DNA of 46,434 nt from Limisphaerales bacterium (lineage in GTDB: Bacteria; Verrucomicrobiota; Verrucomicrobiia; Limisphaerales; JAHDYP01): NCBI GenBank assembly GCA_049451415.1, contig JBMTVN010000002.1, positions 1 to 46,434 of the forward strand. The letters run 5' to 3'. Positions 9,524 to 18,042 of this stretch are shown piece after piece. The notes below the pieces were generated by a model. It was given only the letters and a program-made list of their open reading frames with translations, did no database searches and was not told the DNA's origin. Positions within the stretch are counted from its first letter, which is position 1. Every line of letters begins with the position of its first letter. Both the position numbers and the translations under genes were made by a program.

Positions 9524-10156
9524 CTAGGCTGGGATGATTCTGAGTTCACGGAGGGCATTGAGGAGGAACTGGAAGGCGATGGCGACCAGGAACAGTCCCA
9601 TGAGTCGGGAGATCAGTCGAAGGACAATGGGGTTGAGCTTGTGTGCACCATGGGCGGAGAGGGCAAGGATGGCGAAGCTGAGGGTGCACACGAGGAGTAT
9701 GGAAGTGAGCAAGCAGAGGATTTGGGTAAAGTTGGAGGCTCGGTCGTAGAGCAGGATCACCGTGGAGATGGCTCCCGGGCCGGCGAGCATCGGGACCGCC
9801 AGGGGAGTAATGGCGATGTCCTCTTTGGCGGCTCCGGCGCGGGTTTCCTCCGGCGTTTCATGGACACGTGAGCGTTGGGCTTGGAGCATGTCGAGGGCGA
9901 CAAGGAAGAGGACGACACTGCCAGCCATCTGGAAGGCAGGGGAGGTGATACCGAAGAACCGGAAGACCAGCCTGCCCGCGAGCGCGAAGACCATGAGGAG
10001 GATTGCGGCGAGGATGCAGGCTAATCGTGCCATGCGTAACCGGTTGGCGGGGCTGTCGGTCGGGGTCATGGCGAGGAAGGCGGGGATGGTGGCGAGTGGG
10101 TCGACGATGACGAAGAGTGATCCGAAGGCGAGCAGGGAGTATTGGAGTGTGGTCAT
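9524..10156 (-). CDS. MarC family (UPF0056) integral membrane protein
   Basis: FVIVDPLATIPAFLAMT and ITPLAVPMLAGPGAIST motifs with six hydrophobic segments. ATG 10156 (MTTLQY) is preferred. Confidence 0.85.
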   Translation of the reverse strand: MTTLQYSLLAFGSLFVIVDPLATIPAFLAMTPTDSPANRLRMARLACILAAILLMVFALAGRLVFRFFGITSPAFQMAGSVVLFLVALDMLQAQRSRVHETPEETRAGAAKEDIAITPLAVPMLAGPGAISTVILLYDRASNFTQILCLLTSILLVCTLSFAILALSAHGAHKLNPIVLRLISRLMGLFLVAIAFQFLLNALRELRIIPA

Positions 10157-10382
10157 GGCCTCTCCGGGGTCTGGATTTCTGGATTGCAATCAATCAGGCT
10201 TTGGCTCTTTTGGCAATGGGTGGCGGTGGGCAGGGTGGGCTTGCCGCTTGGCCGGGGGATGGGCAATATGCGCCGATGTTAGATACCTCCGCTTCAGCGC
10301 AAGGAGATGGGCCTGGCCCTTCCAGGGGTGTCTCGTGCGGGAGTTTTGGGGATTCTGGAACCTCTGATTTGATAAAGGACGT

Positions 10383-11633
10383 GTGATGAGTGGTTTGACC
10401 CCGCTGATGCAGAAGTATGTGGTTCCAGGGCTTACGGCCCTGAGCGAGAACACCTATTTGTCGGCCATCCGTGCGGGGATGGTTTCCATTGTACCGCTGA
10501 CGATTATCGGGGGCTTGTTTTTGATTGTGGCCTACCTTCCGGTGACGGGTTGGGAGGGGGTGGTCGAGCCATATCTTAAGCTGTTGGAGGTCCCGGTTAC
10601 GGCGACATTTGGAGTTCTGGCCTTATTTGCCTGTTTTGCGGTGGCTTATGATCTGGGGAAGCGGTTGAAGCAGGAGGCTGTGGTGAGTGCCAGCGTGGCC
10701 ACTGCGGTGTTCCTGCTGATTCAGGTGCGACTGGAGGATGCGGCCCTGGACATGGACAACCTGGGTTCTCAGGGGCTGTTCACCGCGATTTTGGTCGCGT
10801 TGGTATGTGTCAGGGTGCAGAAGCTGCTTGCTGACTGGAATCTGGTGATCCGCCTGCCGTCGAGCGTTCCTCCCATTGTATACGAGTCCTTTTTGTCGCT
10901 GGTTCCGCTGTTTGTTCTGATGCTGGCGGCGTGGGTGGTGAGGTTCGTCCTCGGGGTGGATGTTAATCAGCTTGTGCAGTGGTTATTTCAGCCGCTGGTG
11001 TTTGCCCTGAATACGCTGCCGGGGATTCTGGTTTATGCATTCATGGTGACCCTGCTGTGGTCGGTGGGGATTAATGGGGACAACGCGATGGACGCGATTG
11101 TGGCCCCGATCTTCCTGAACTACCTGGCGGCTAATGTCACCGCGATGACCAATGGGGAGCCTTTGCCTTATGTGACCGCCTACGGGTTTTTTACAGCATT
11201 TGTGAATGTGGGCGGAACCGGGGCGACGCTGGCGCTGGCGTTGATCATGTTGAATTCCCGCGAGCCCGGCTTTCGCAAGGTGAGCCGGCTTTCCCTGCCT
11301 ACCCAGGTTTTTCAAATCAACGAGCCGATCTTCTTCGGGTTTCCGATCGTGCTGAATCCGGTGTTCATGGTTCCCTACATCCTCAACGCGCTGATGCTGA
11401 CCCTTTGCACCTATTTGCTGATGGATGTGGGTTTGATCAGCAGACCATTTGTGAACGTGCCGTGGACGACGCCGCCGGTGATTGGTCATTATTTGGTAAC
11501 TGGAGGGGACTGGCGTGCGGCGGTGTGGGGGGTGGTTTCAATTTTTCTGGCGATGGCCGTTTACTATCCCTTTGCCAAGGCCGCAGAGCGACAGAGGCTG
11601 CTGGCGGAGGCGGGTGGGCGGGCGCAGGAATAA
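10383..11633 (+). CDS. PTS system EIIC component, lactose/cellobiose (Lac) family, stand-alone
   Basis: The N-terminal YLSAIRAGMVSIVPLTIIGGLFLI, the later INGDNAMDAIV block and roughly 10 TM segments are typical of ChbC/CelB-type EIIC. GTG 10383 and ATG 10386 are both possible starts. Confidence 0.85.
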   Translation: MMSGLTPLMQKYVVPGLTALSENTYLSAIRAGMVSIVPLTIIGGLFLIVAYLPVTGWEGVVEPYLKLLEVPVTATFGVLALFACFAVAYDLGKRLKQEAVVSASVATAVFLLIQVRLEDAALDMDNLGSQGLFTAILVALVCVRVQKLLADWNLVIRLPSSVPPIVYESFLSLVPLFVLMLAAWVVRFVLGVDVNQLVQWLFQPLVFALNTLPGILVYAFMVTLLWSVGINGDNAMDAIVAPIFLNYLAANVTAMTNGEPLPYVTAYGFFTAFVNVGGTGATLALALIMLNSREPGFRKVSRLSLPTQVFQINEPIFFGFPIVLNPVFMVPYILNALMLTLCTYLLMDVGLISRPFVNVPWTTPPVIGHYLVTGGDWRAAVWGVVSIFLAMAVYYPFAKAAERQRLLAEAGGRAQE

Positions 11634-11722
11634 AACCCGCTGGAGTCCTGACCGGTCTGCATGGTATGGGCAGGTTTACCGGGCAAGGCAATGCAGGCAG
11701 GTTTCTACTGAAAGGTGATTTG

Positions 11723-12883
11723 ATGGAATGGTATTACGCCGAGGACAGGCAACAGCGAGGGCCGGTGGGGCCGGAGGAGTTTCAGCGGTTAGTGGAGCAG
11801 GGTGTGGTTGGTCCGGACACACTGGTATGGCGTCAGGGCATGGAGCGGTGGCAGCCGTATCGGAGTGTCGCCGGGGGGACTGCGGGTGTTCCGGTGGTTG
11901 CGCCTGCTTCGGTTCAGCGGGTTTGTAGTGTATGTGAGAAGTCCTTCGCCCTCGCGGATCTCACGCGCCATGGGGAGGGCTGGGTGTGTGCGGGATGCAA
12001 GCCTGTGGTGTTGGATAGTCTGGCGTCAAATGTGGATCCTGCAGCGCCTGCTGGAGCAGGTGAAGTTCAATATAGGAGGGGGCTTTTTGGGGGCTATGCG
12101 GAGAATGGGGGCGGCGGAGTTGGTGGTGGCTTGGGCGTGTCTGAGGAGGAGTTGCTGGCTAGAGAATACGAAGTCAATGTGGGGGACTGCCTGAGCCGGT
12201 CATGGGAGCTCTTTCAGGCCAACATGGGAGTGATGCTGGGTGGTACGGCATTGGTTTATCTGGTTGTTGCGGCGATCAACGTCATTCCTTATCTGAGCGT
12301 GATCCTGTCTCTGGTGCTTACCGGGCCTTTGATGGGCGGGCTTTGGTATTTCTACATCCTGAAGGTGCGAGGTGTGGATGCCACTGCAGGGGTCGCATTT
12401 TCGGGGTTCGGTCCGCAGTTTGGACAGCTTGCTTTGGCGAATGTGGTCACGGGATTGCTGAGCGGATTATGCCTCTTGCCTGCATTTGGTTTGTTTGTGG
12501 GTGGAGCGGTTCTTGGTGGCGGAATGAATATGGGAGAGGGTGAAGGTGGTGCGTTCCTGGGGATATTCGCCGCAGTCTCCCTGGTCCTCATGATCGTAGG
12601 ATTCGCGGGCTACGTCTATCTGGCCGTCAGTTGGATGTTCACCCTGCTGCTGGTTGCGGACAAGGGCATGGCATTTTGGCCAGCCATGGAACTTAGTCGC
12701 CGGGTAGTGGCCAAGCGGTTTTGGGGCGTGTTATGGCTTTCCCTCGTTGCCGCCATCTTGGGACTTGTCGGGATGCTGTTGTGCCTCGTGGGAATTTTGT
12801 TCTTCGGACCTTTGGCAATGGGGATGCTGGCTTACCAATACCAGGCGATGTTCGGTGATCTGCGGGTCACTCGGGAATATTGA
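11723..12883 (+). CDS. GYF_2 (DUF4339) domain / zinc-ribbon / multi-TM membrane protein
   Basis: The protein starts MEWYYAEDRQQRGPVGPEEFQRLVEQGVVGPDTLVWRQGMERWQPY, a GYF_2 domain. A CSVCEK...CAGCK ribbon, a Gly-rich linker and about 5 TM segments of DUF975-like appearance follow. ATG 11723 is chosen; the ORF-track start 11405 overlaps the EIIC gene. Confidence 0.75.
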   Translation: MEWYYAEDRQQRGPVGPEEFQRLVEQGVVGPDTLVWRQGMERWQPYRSVAGGTAGVPVVAPASVQRVCSVCEKSFALADLTRHGEGWVCAGCKPVVLDSLASNVDPAAPAGAGEVQYRRGLFGGYAENGGGGVGGGLGVSEEELLAREYEVNVGDCLSRSWELFQANMGVMLGGTALVYLVVAAINVIPYLSVILSLVLTGPLMGGLWYFYILKVRGVDATAGVAFSGFGPQFGQLALANVVTGLLSGLCLLPAFGLFVGGAVLGGGMNMGEGEGGAFLGIFAAVSLVLMIVGFAGYVYLAVSWMFTLLLVADKGMAFWPAMELSRRVVAKRFWGVLWLSLVAAILGLVGMLLCLVGILFFGPLAMGMLAYQYQAMFGDLRVTREY

Positions 12884-14038
12884 TCAGGCATCGGCAGTGA
12901 GTGGTGGCGGGCACTCGGCTTCCCACCTTCGGATGATCTTCCGTTGCAGGCCGGAGAGAGCCATCCCGGGCAGCTCACGCCACTGAACCCAATGGCCGTC
13001 CCCGAGACTGCGGGCCTTTTCTGCTGCGCTGCTGCCCTGGACATGGAAAACCTCGATCTGGAAACTGTGGCGGGTAATGTTGTGGCTCAGTTTGAAGAGG
13101 CAGGTCTGGGGTGGGGTAATGTCGGGGCTGGGGACAGTGGCAGGGAATTGCCATAAGCCGGAGTTCCAGTCGCCGTCGCCCTGTTGACGGATGAAGAATC
13201 TTGCCCCGGATTGAAGAATCCACACGTGGAGCGATCTCTTGATCTGCGCAGGTCGCTTTTTGGCGACGGGGTAACTGCCGGGTTCTCCGGAGAGGAAGCC
13301 GCGACAGAACGAGTTAAGCGGGCAATTCGGGCAGTCCGGGTTTCGGGGTGTGCATGTGATGGCGCCGAGTTCCATGAGCGCCTGATTGATGTCGGAGGAT
13401 CTCCGCCCGCCGAGCTCGTGCAGCTCGCTCGCCGAGTGAACCAGTTCTGTTGCGAGCTCCCAGAGGCGGTCCTGATGTGCCTTGGATTCTCGTGGGCTGG
13501 AGAGTCCGTGAAGTCTTGAGAGGACTCGGTCGATGTTGCCATCTACGATGGGGGTAGCCTGGTTGAAGGCGATGGAGCAGACGGCCCCTGCGGTGTAGCG
13601 ACCCACTCCTGGCAATCGTAGCCACTCCTCAGGGCTTTGCGGCCATGCCCCGGGAAAACGCTCACGAATTTCGCGAGCTGCCAGTTGCAGGCGGGTTGCG
13701 CGGTTGTAGTAACCCAGACCAGACCAGAGGTGGAGCAGTTGTTCTTGCGGAGCACGACAAAGCGATTCGAGGTCGGGTAATTCGGTCATCCAGCGCTCAA
13801 AGTAGGGCAATGCAGTCTTGACCTGGGTCTGCTGGAGCATTGTTTCTGATAACCAGATGGCATAGGGATCCGTGGTGCGCCGCCAGGGCAGGTCCCGCGC
13901 GGTTTCCCTGTAATGCATTATAAGGATTCGCGCCAGCCGGCTGGAGGCTGAATGGGGAGTCTCACCTGGTTGCAGTTGTTTGACGGACACCTCGTAGGGA
14001 TGCTGCCAGTTCGATCGGAGGTCAAGTTCGCGACCCAC
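12884..14038 (-). CDS. mutY: A/G-specific adenine DNA glycosylase
   Basis: Blocks LPWRRTTDPYAIWLSETMLQQTQV and LPGVGRYTAGAV (HhH-GPD), an Fe-S cluster loop CTPRNPDCPNCPLNSFC, and a C-terminal NUDIX-like domain. The start is uncertain: ATG 14038 or GTG 13990. Confidence 0.9.
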   Translation of the reverse strand: MGRELDLRSNWQHPYEVSVKQLQPGETPHSASSRLARILIMHYRETARDLPWRRTTDPYAIWLSETMLQQTQVKTALPYFERWMTELPDLESLCRAPQEQLLHLWSGLGYYNRATRLQLAAREIRERFPGAWPQSPEEWLRLPGVGRYTAGAVCSIAFNQATPIVDGNIDRVLSRLHGLSSPRESKAHQDRLWELATELVHSASELHELGGRRSSDINQALMELGAITCTPRNPDCPNCPLNSFCRGFLSGEPGSYPVAKKRPAQIKRSLHVWILQSGARFFIRQQGDGDWNSGLWQFPATVPSPDITPPQTCLFKLSHNITRHSFQIEVFHVQGSSAAEKARSLGDGHWVQWRELPGMALSGLQRKIIRRWEAECPPPLTADA

Positions 14039-15022
14039 CTGTTTACCTCACTGTCAGTCTTGTGGTTTTTCCACTTGTCAGGCTATGGTCCTCTTCCTTT
14101 GCCGAAGCCGATTACATCCTACACCCGGAAACTGACCGACGAGGAGTCGGTTCGGCTCAGGGAGGTTTTGCAGGACAAGGGCTGCGTCTTCGGGACGGTT
14201 CCTCATTCGCGTTTTGCCTCTGAGTACCAGGGGGCAAAGGTAGTGATGTATCAAAGCGGGAAGTTGGTGGTGCAAGGGAAGGGGGCTGGGGATTTTGTTC
14301 AATTTGTTCTGGAACCGGAGGTTCTGGGTGTGGCGGAACTGGGATACGAGGAGGTGCTGCATCCTGAGTTGAAACTTCCTCGTCTTGGGGTGGACGAAAG
14401 CGGGAAGGGGGATCTGTTCGGTCCTTTGTGCGTCGCAGGTGTCTATGTGAACTCGACGATGATCCAGTATTGGAGAGATGCGGGTATCAAGGATTCAAAG
14501 TCGATTTCAGGCGATAAACGAATCAGTCAATTGGCGGAGCTGATTCGAAAGACACCGGGATGCGTCTGGAATGTTGTTCCGATTGGCAATCCGGCCTACA
14601 ACCGACTCTATGCCAAGATCGGTAACGTTAATCGGCTTCTGGCTTGGGGGCACGCCCGGGTAATCGAGAATCTGCTCGGAGAGCGACACAGGATGGTGCC
14701 GCCTCCGGAAAGGGTGGTGATAGATCAGTTTGCGGCCAGTCAATCCACCGTCGCAAACGCGCTCATGACGGGCGGAAAAGGGATTGAGGTGGTGCAAAGG
14801 CATAAGGCAGAGTCTGACTTGGCCGTGGCGGCTGCCTCCATTCTGGCGCGGGATGAATTTGTTAGGCGCCTCGGTGAGCTGGGGCAGAAGGGTGGGGTGA
14901 CACTACCGAAAGGGGCCGGGCCTGCCGCAAACGATGGGTTAAGGCAGTGGGTAGATGCGCATGGGGCGGCGAGTTTGGAAGGGGTAGCCAAGCTGCATTT
15001 CCGTAATTGCTTGTCTTTGTGA
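14000..15022 (+). CDS. rnhC: ribonuclease HIII
   Basis: N-terminal TBP-like domain (ITSYTRKL...YQSGKLVVQGKGA), catalytic GVDESGKGDLFGPL, then DSK, IDQFA, AVAAASILAR and LPKGAG. The start is ambiguous: ATG 13952, ATG 14000, TTG 14060 or TTG 14075. Homology begins about 14111. Confidence 0.88.
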   Translation: MLPVRSEVKFATHLFTSLSVLWFFHLSGYGPLPLPKPITSYTRKLTDEESVRLREVLQDKGCVFGTVPHSRFASEYQGAKVVMYQSGKLVVQGKGAGDFVQFVLEPEVLGVAELGYEEVLHPELKLPRLGVDESGKGDLFGPLCVAGVYVNSTMIQYWRDAGIKDSKSISGDKRISQLAELIRKTPGCVWNVVPIGNPAYNRLYAKIGNVNRLLAWGHARVIENLLGERHRMVPPPERVVIDQFAASQSTVANALMTGGKGIEVVQRHKAESDLAVAAASILARDEFVRRLGELGQKGGVTLPKGAGPAANDGLRQWVDAHGAASLEGVAKLHFRNCLSL

Positions 15023-15057
15023 TGGTTGCGGGGTGCCGAAAAAGCCTGAAAAAGCCA

Positions 15058-15086
15058 TTGACAGCGGAATGCGGCTTACCTAGCTT
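15058..15086 (+). promoter_or_regulatory. candidate sigma-70-type promoter for the tRNA-Thr/tuf block
   Basis: TTGACA (15058-15063), a 17-nt spacer, then TAGCTT (15081-15086). Two phased A-tracts (GAAAAAGCC repeated at 15038-15046 and 15049-15057) precede it and resemble an UP element. The -10 match is weak. Confidence 0.25.
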
Positions 15087-15210
15087 AACCGAGCCTTTTG
15101 GGCGTAGGAAAGAGCAATACAGCGTTAGCCCCCTAGTGCCTGTTTAACCGGAAGGCCCGGGTTGACGGTGTGTTGCTGTCTTTTGCTCTAGAGGTGATAG
15201 TTGGGCTGTT

Positions 15211-15286
15211 GCCCATGTAGCTCAGTTGGCAGAGCACGTCCTTGGTAAGGACGAGGTCGTCAGTTCAAACCTGACCATGGGCTCCA
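15211..15286 (+). tRNA. tRNA-Thr (anticodon GGU), CCA encoded
   Basis: Hand-folded cloverleaf: acceptor GCCCATG/CATGGGC, D arm GCTC/GAGC, anticodon stem CGTCC/GGACG with loop TTGGTAA, T arm GTCAG-TTCAAAC-CTGAC, then TCCA. Confidence 0.93.
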
Positions 15287-15353
15287 CAGCCTGCCTAAAC
15301 AGAGTTTTCGGCAGATTGAGTAAAGATTAAGTGCTCCAACAGTAGGAATCGCG

Positions 15354-16544
15354 ATGGCAAAAGAACAATTCCAGAGAACCAAACCTCACGTAAATATCGG
15401 CACCATCGGTCACGTTGACCATGGCAAGTCGACCCTGACCGCGGCCATTGTCGCAGTGCAATCCCGCAAAGGTTTGGCACCCCAAGTCTCCTATGCCGAC
15501 ATCACCAAGGGTGGTACGGTGCGTGACGATTCCAAGACCGTGACGATTGCCGCGTCTCACGTGGAATACCACAGCGAAAACCGTCACTACGCTCACGTTG
15601 ACTGCCCGGGACACGCTGACTATATCAAGAACATGATCACGGGTGCCGCGCAGATGGACGGCGCCATTCTTGTGGTCGATGCTTCGCAAGGTGCAATGCC
15701 CCAGACCCGTGAGCACGTGCTGCTCGCCCGTCAGGTGGGTGTGCCGGCGATCGTGGTGTTCCTCAACAAGGTTGACCTCGTGGATGATCCCGATCTGCTC
15801 GAGCTCGTGGAGATGGAATTGCGCGAGTTGTTGAACAAATACGGTTTCCCTGGCGACACGACTCCGATCGTGCGTGGTCAGGCCAAGGCTGCGCTGGCGG
15901 GCGAGGCTGTCGGTGAAGCGGGCATTACTGAGCTGTTGAAGGCTTGTGATGAGTTCATTCCCGAGCCGATGCGCGATGTGGACAAGCCATTCCTCATGTG
16001 CATTGAGGACGTTTTCAACATTGAAGGTCGCGGCACCGTGGTGACTGGCCGTGTCGAGCGTGGTGAGTTGAAGAAGATGTCTGAAGTGGAAATCGTCGGT
16101 CTGCGTGACACTCGCAAGACGGTTGCAACCGACATCGAGATGTTCCGCAAGTTGCTCGATAGCGCGACGGCCGGTGACAACGTGGGTGTGCTCCTCCGTG
16201 GTGTGAAGAAGGACGAAGTAGAGCGTGGCCAGGTGCTCTCCAAGCCGGGTGCCATTACGCCTTACACCAAATACAAGGCTGAGATTTACGTGTTGTCCAA
16301 GGATGAGGGTGGCCGTCACACGCCGTTCTTCAACAATTACCGTCCTCAGTTCTACTTCCGGACAACCGACGTCACTGGAACCATTGCTCTGCCTGAAGGG
16401 GTGGAGATGGTGATGCCTGGCGATAACGTTTCGGCTGAGGTTCAGCTAATTGCTCCTGTCGCGATGGAGAAGGGCGAGAAGTTCGCAATTCGTGAAGGCG
16501 GCCGCACCATTGGGGCGGGTCGTGTGAGCGAAGTGATGGCGTAA
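15354..16544 (+). CDS. tuf: translation elongation factor Tu
   Basis: Blocks [17 protein letters not shown] and NKVD in a 396-aa canonical EF-Tu. Confidence 0.98.
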   Translation: MAKEQFQRTKPHVNIGTIGHVDHGKSTLTAAIVAVQSRKGLAPQVSYADITKGGTVRDDSKTVTIAASHVEYHSENRHYAHVDCPGHADYIKNMITGAAQMDGAILVVDASQGAMPQTREHVLLARQVGVPAIVVFLNKVDLVDDPDLLELVEMELRELLNKYGFPGDTTPIVRGQAKAALAGEAVGEAGITELLKACDEFIPEPMRDVDKPFLMCIEDVFNIEGRGTVVTGRVERGELKKMSEVEIVGLRDTRKTVATDIEMFRKLLDSATAGDNVGVLLRGVKKDEVERGQVLSKPGAITPYTKYKAEIYVLSKDEGGRHTPFFNNYRPQFYFRTTDVTGTIALPEGVEMVMPGDNVSAEVQLIAPVAMEKGEKFAIREGGRTIGAGRVSEVMA

Positions 16545-16593
16545 CCCAGCCCCATCGAACGGCCGGTAGCTAGACACTTTGGCAACTCAAATT

Positions 16594-16669
16594 AGGGCGG
16601 TAGCTCAATTGGTAGAGTAGCGGTCTCCAAAACCGTCGGTTGGGGGTTCGAGTCCCTCCCGCCCTGCCA
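16594..16669 (+). tRNA. tRNA-Trp (anticodon CCA), CCA encoded
   Basis: Acceptor AGGGCGG/CCGCCCT, anticodon stem GCGGT/ACCGT with loop CTCCAAA, T arm GGGGG-TTCGAGT-CCCTC, then GCCA. It sits in the classical position between tuf and secE. Confidence 0.93.
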
Positions 16670-16687
16670 AAATGCGGAATCGACTGG

Positions 16688-16779
16688 GGAGGGGTGGCAG
16701 AGTGGTCGATTGCGACGGTCTTGAAAACCGTTGCCCTGATCAAACGGGGCCGGGGGTTCGAATCCCTCCCCCTCCGCCA
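16688..16779 (+). tRNA. tRNA-Ser (anticodon UGA), class II with long variable arm, CCA encoded
   Basis: Acceptor GGAGGGG/CCCCTCC, a 3-bp D stem, anticodon stem ACGGT/ACCGT with loop CTTGAAA, a ~20-nt variable arm, T arm GGGGG-TTCGAAT-CCCTC, then GCCA. Confidence 0.88.
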
Positions 16780-16784
16780 ATATC

Positions 16785-17042
16785 ATGAACGAATACTTAA
16801 AGTTGGGGCTGTGGGCGGCTGTGGTTGGCGCATTATTTGCGTTTGCCTGGCGCAAGGGCTATCTTGGGCGAATCACTGCGTATACACAAGAGACGCGGGA
16901 GGAACTAAAGAAGTGCACTTGGCCGACGGTGGATGAACTCAAAGGCTCAACCGTTGTAGTCGTGGTTACCTTTGCCATGCTTGCAGCGTTCACCGTCGGG
17001 GTGGATGTCGTTTTGGCATTTGTGGTTCGTCAACTCCTGTAA
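16785..17042 (+). CDS. secE: preprotein translocase subunit SecE
   Basis: ETREELKKCTWPTVDELKGSTVVVVVTFAMLAAF is the conserved SecE core, preceded by an extra N-terminal hydrophobic segment. The ATG lies 5 nt after the tRNA-Ser CCA; alternative in-frame starts are TTG 16803 and GTG 16821. Confidence 0.88.
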   Translation: MNEYLKLGLWAAVVGALFAFAWRKGYLGRITAYTQETREELKKCTWPTVDELKGSTVVVVVTFAMLAAFTVGVDVVLAFVVRQLL

Positions 17043-17063
17043 GCCAGCAATGGGAGATTTGAA

Positions 17064-17612
17064 ATGACGAGCCAATGGTTTGTTTTACATACGCTGTCCG
17101 GCCAAGAGTTGAAGGTCAAGGATAGCATCGAGAAGCGGATCAAGACCGACGAGATGGTGGATTACATCCGTGAGGTCCTGGTGCCGATGGAACGCGTTGC
17201 CGAGGTACGGAACGGCAAGAAGACGGTTACGTCTCGCAAGCTGTATCCCGGATACGTGTTCATCGACATGGTCCTCTTGGACGATCAGGAGAAGCTGATT
17301 GAGAAGCCTTGGTATTTCATTCGGGATACGCAGGGTATTATCGGCTTTGTGGGGGGCGATCGGCCGACGCCAACGCCTGGGGATGAGATTGAAGCGATCA
17401 AGGCCCAGATCGCGGCCTCAGAGGATACAGAGCGGCCTAAGGTCAGCTTTGAGGTTGGCGAAACGGTGAAGATCAATGACGGACCGTTCCAGAATTTCAG
17501 CGGTGTTATTGAAGAGGTTGATCCTGAAAAAGGACGGCTGAAGGTCAGTGTGAGTGTGTTCGGCCGAAACACCCCGGTCGAGCTCGAGTATTGGAAAGTG
17601 GAAAAGGCTTAA
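17064..17612 (+). CDS. nusG: transcription termination/antitermination factor NusG
   Basis: [15 protein letters not shown] (NGN domain) and a C-terminal KOW ([22 protein letters not shown]), directly after secE. Confidence 0.97.
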   Translation: MTSQWFVLHTLSGQELKVKDSIEKRIKTDEMVDYIREVLVPMERVAEVRNGKKTVTSRKLYPGYVFIDMVLLDDQEKLIEKPWYFIRDTQGIIGFVGGDRPTPTPGDEIEAIKAQIAASEDTERPKVSFEVGETVKINDGPFQNFSGVIEEVDPEKGRLKVSVSVFGRNTPVELEYWKVEKA

Positions 17613-17616
17613 TTGT

Positions 17617-18042
17617 ATGGCGAAGAAAGTCGTCGGTCAGATCAAACTACAGATTCCTGCAGGTCAGGCTAATCCGGCTCCGCCGGTTGGTCCTGCCTTG
17701 GGTCAGCATGGTGTCAACATCATGGCTTTCTGCAAGGAATACAATGCCGCCACTCGTGAGCAGGCGGGGATGATTGTCCCGGTTGTCATCACTGTTTATC
17801 AGGACAAATCTTTCACTTTTATTACAAAATCTCCTCCGGCGGCGGTCCTGCTGAAGAAAGCGGCTGGGATTGCGTCCGGCTCGAAGCAGCCCCACAAGGA
17901 GAAGGTGGGGAAGGTCACGCGCAAGCAGGTGCTTGAGATCATCAAGACGAAAGGGTCGGATTTGAACGTGACGAGTGAGGAAGCCGCGATCCGCGTTATT
18001 TCCGGCACTGCGCGCAGTATGGGGATTGAGGTTGTTGACTAG
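17617..18042 (+). CDS. rplK: 50S ribosomal protein L11
   Basis: The protein starts [43 protein letters not shown]. Internal ATG 17617 of ORF 17554..18042. Confidence 0.97.
   Translation: MAKKVVGQIKLQIPAGQANPAPPVGPALGQHGVNIMAFCKEYNAATREQAGMIVPVVITVYQDKSFTFITKSPPAAVLLKKAAGIASGSKQPHKEKVGKVTRKQVLEIIKTKGSDLNVTSEEAAIRVISGTARSMGIEVVD

Noticed and set aside
7963-9537. 524-aa plus-strand ORF spanning the whole glyQS locus
   Set aside because: It is antisense to an unambiguous glycine-tRNA ligase. The product is low-complexity (G/D/E/A/F/V-rich) with no recognisable motifs, a typical shadow ORF in GC-rich DNA.
11405-11722. N-terminal 106 codons of ORF 11405..12883
   Set aside because: This part overlaps the 3' end of the EIIC gene in another frame and is Gly/Arg/Cys-rich nonsense. 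The GYF domain begins exactly at ATG 11723.
15327-16319. 330-aa minus-strand ORF
   Set aside because: It lies entirely antisense to tuf, whose identity is certain. No motifs.
16688-16779. Whether the long-variable-arm tRNA could be tRNA-Sec
   Set aside because: The anticodon loop is CTTGAAA, giving anticodon UGA (reads UCN, Ser) rather than UCA. The acceptor stem is 7 bp, as in ordinary class II tRNA-Ser.
16592-16936. ORFs 16592..16855 (-) and 16640..16936 (+)
   Set aside because: They read straight through the tRNA-Trp and tRNA-Ser genes and into secE, so they are artefacts.
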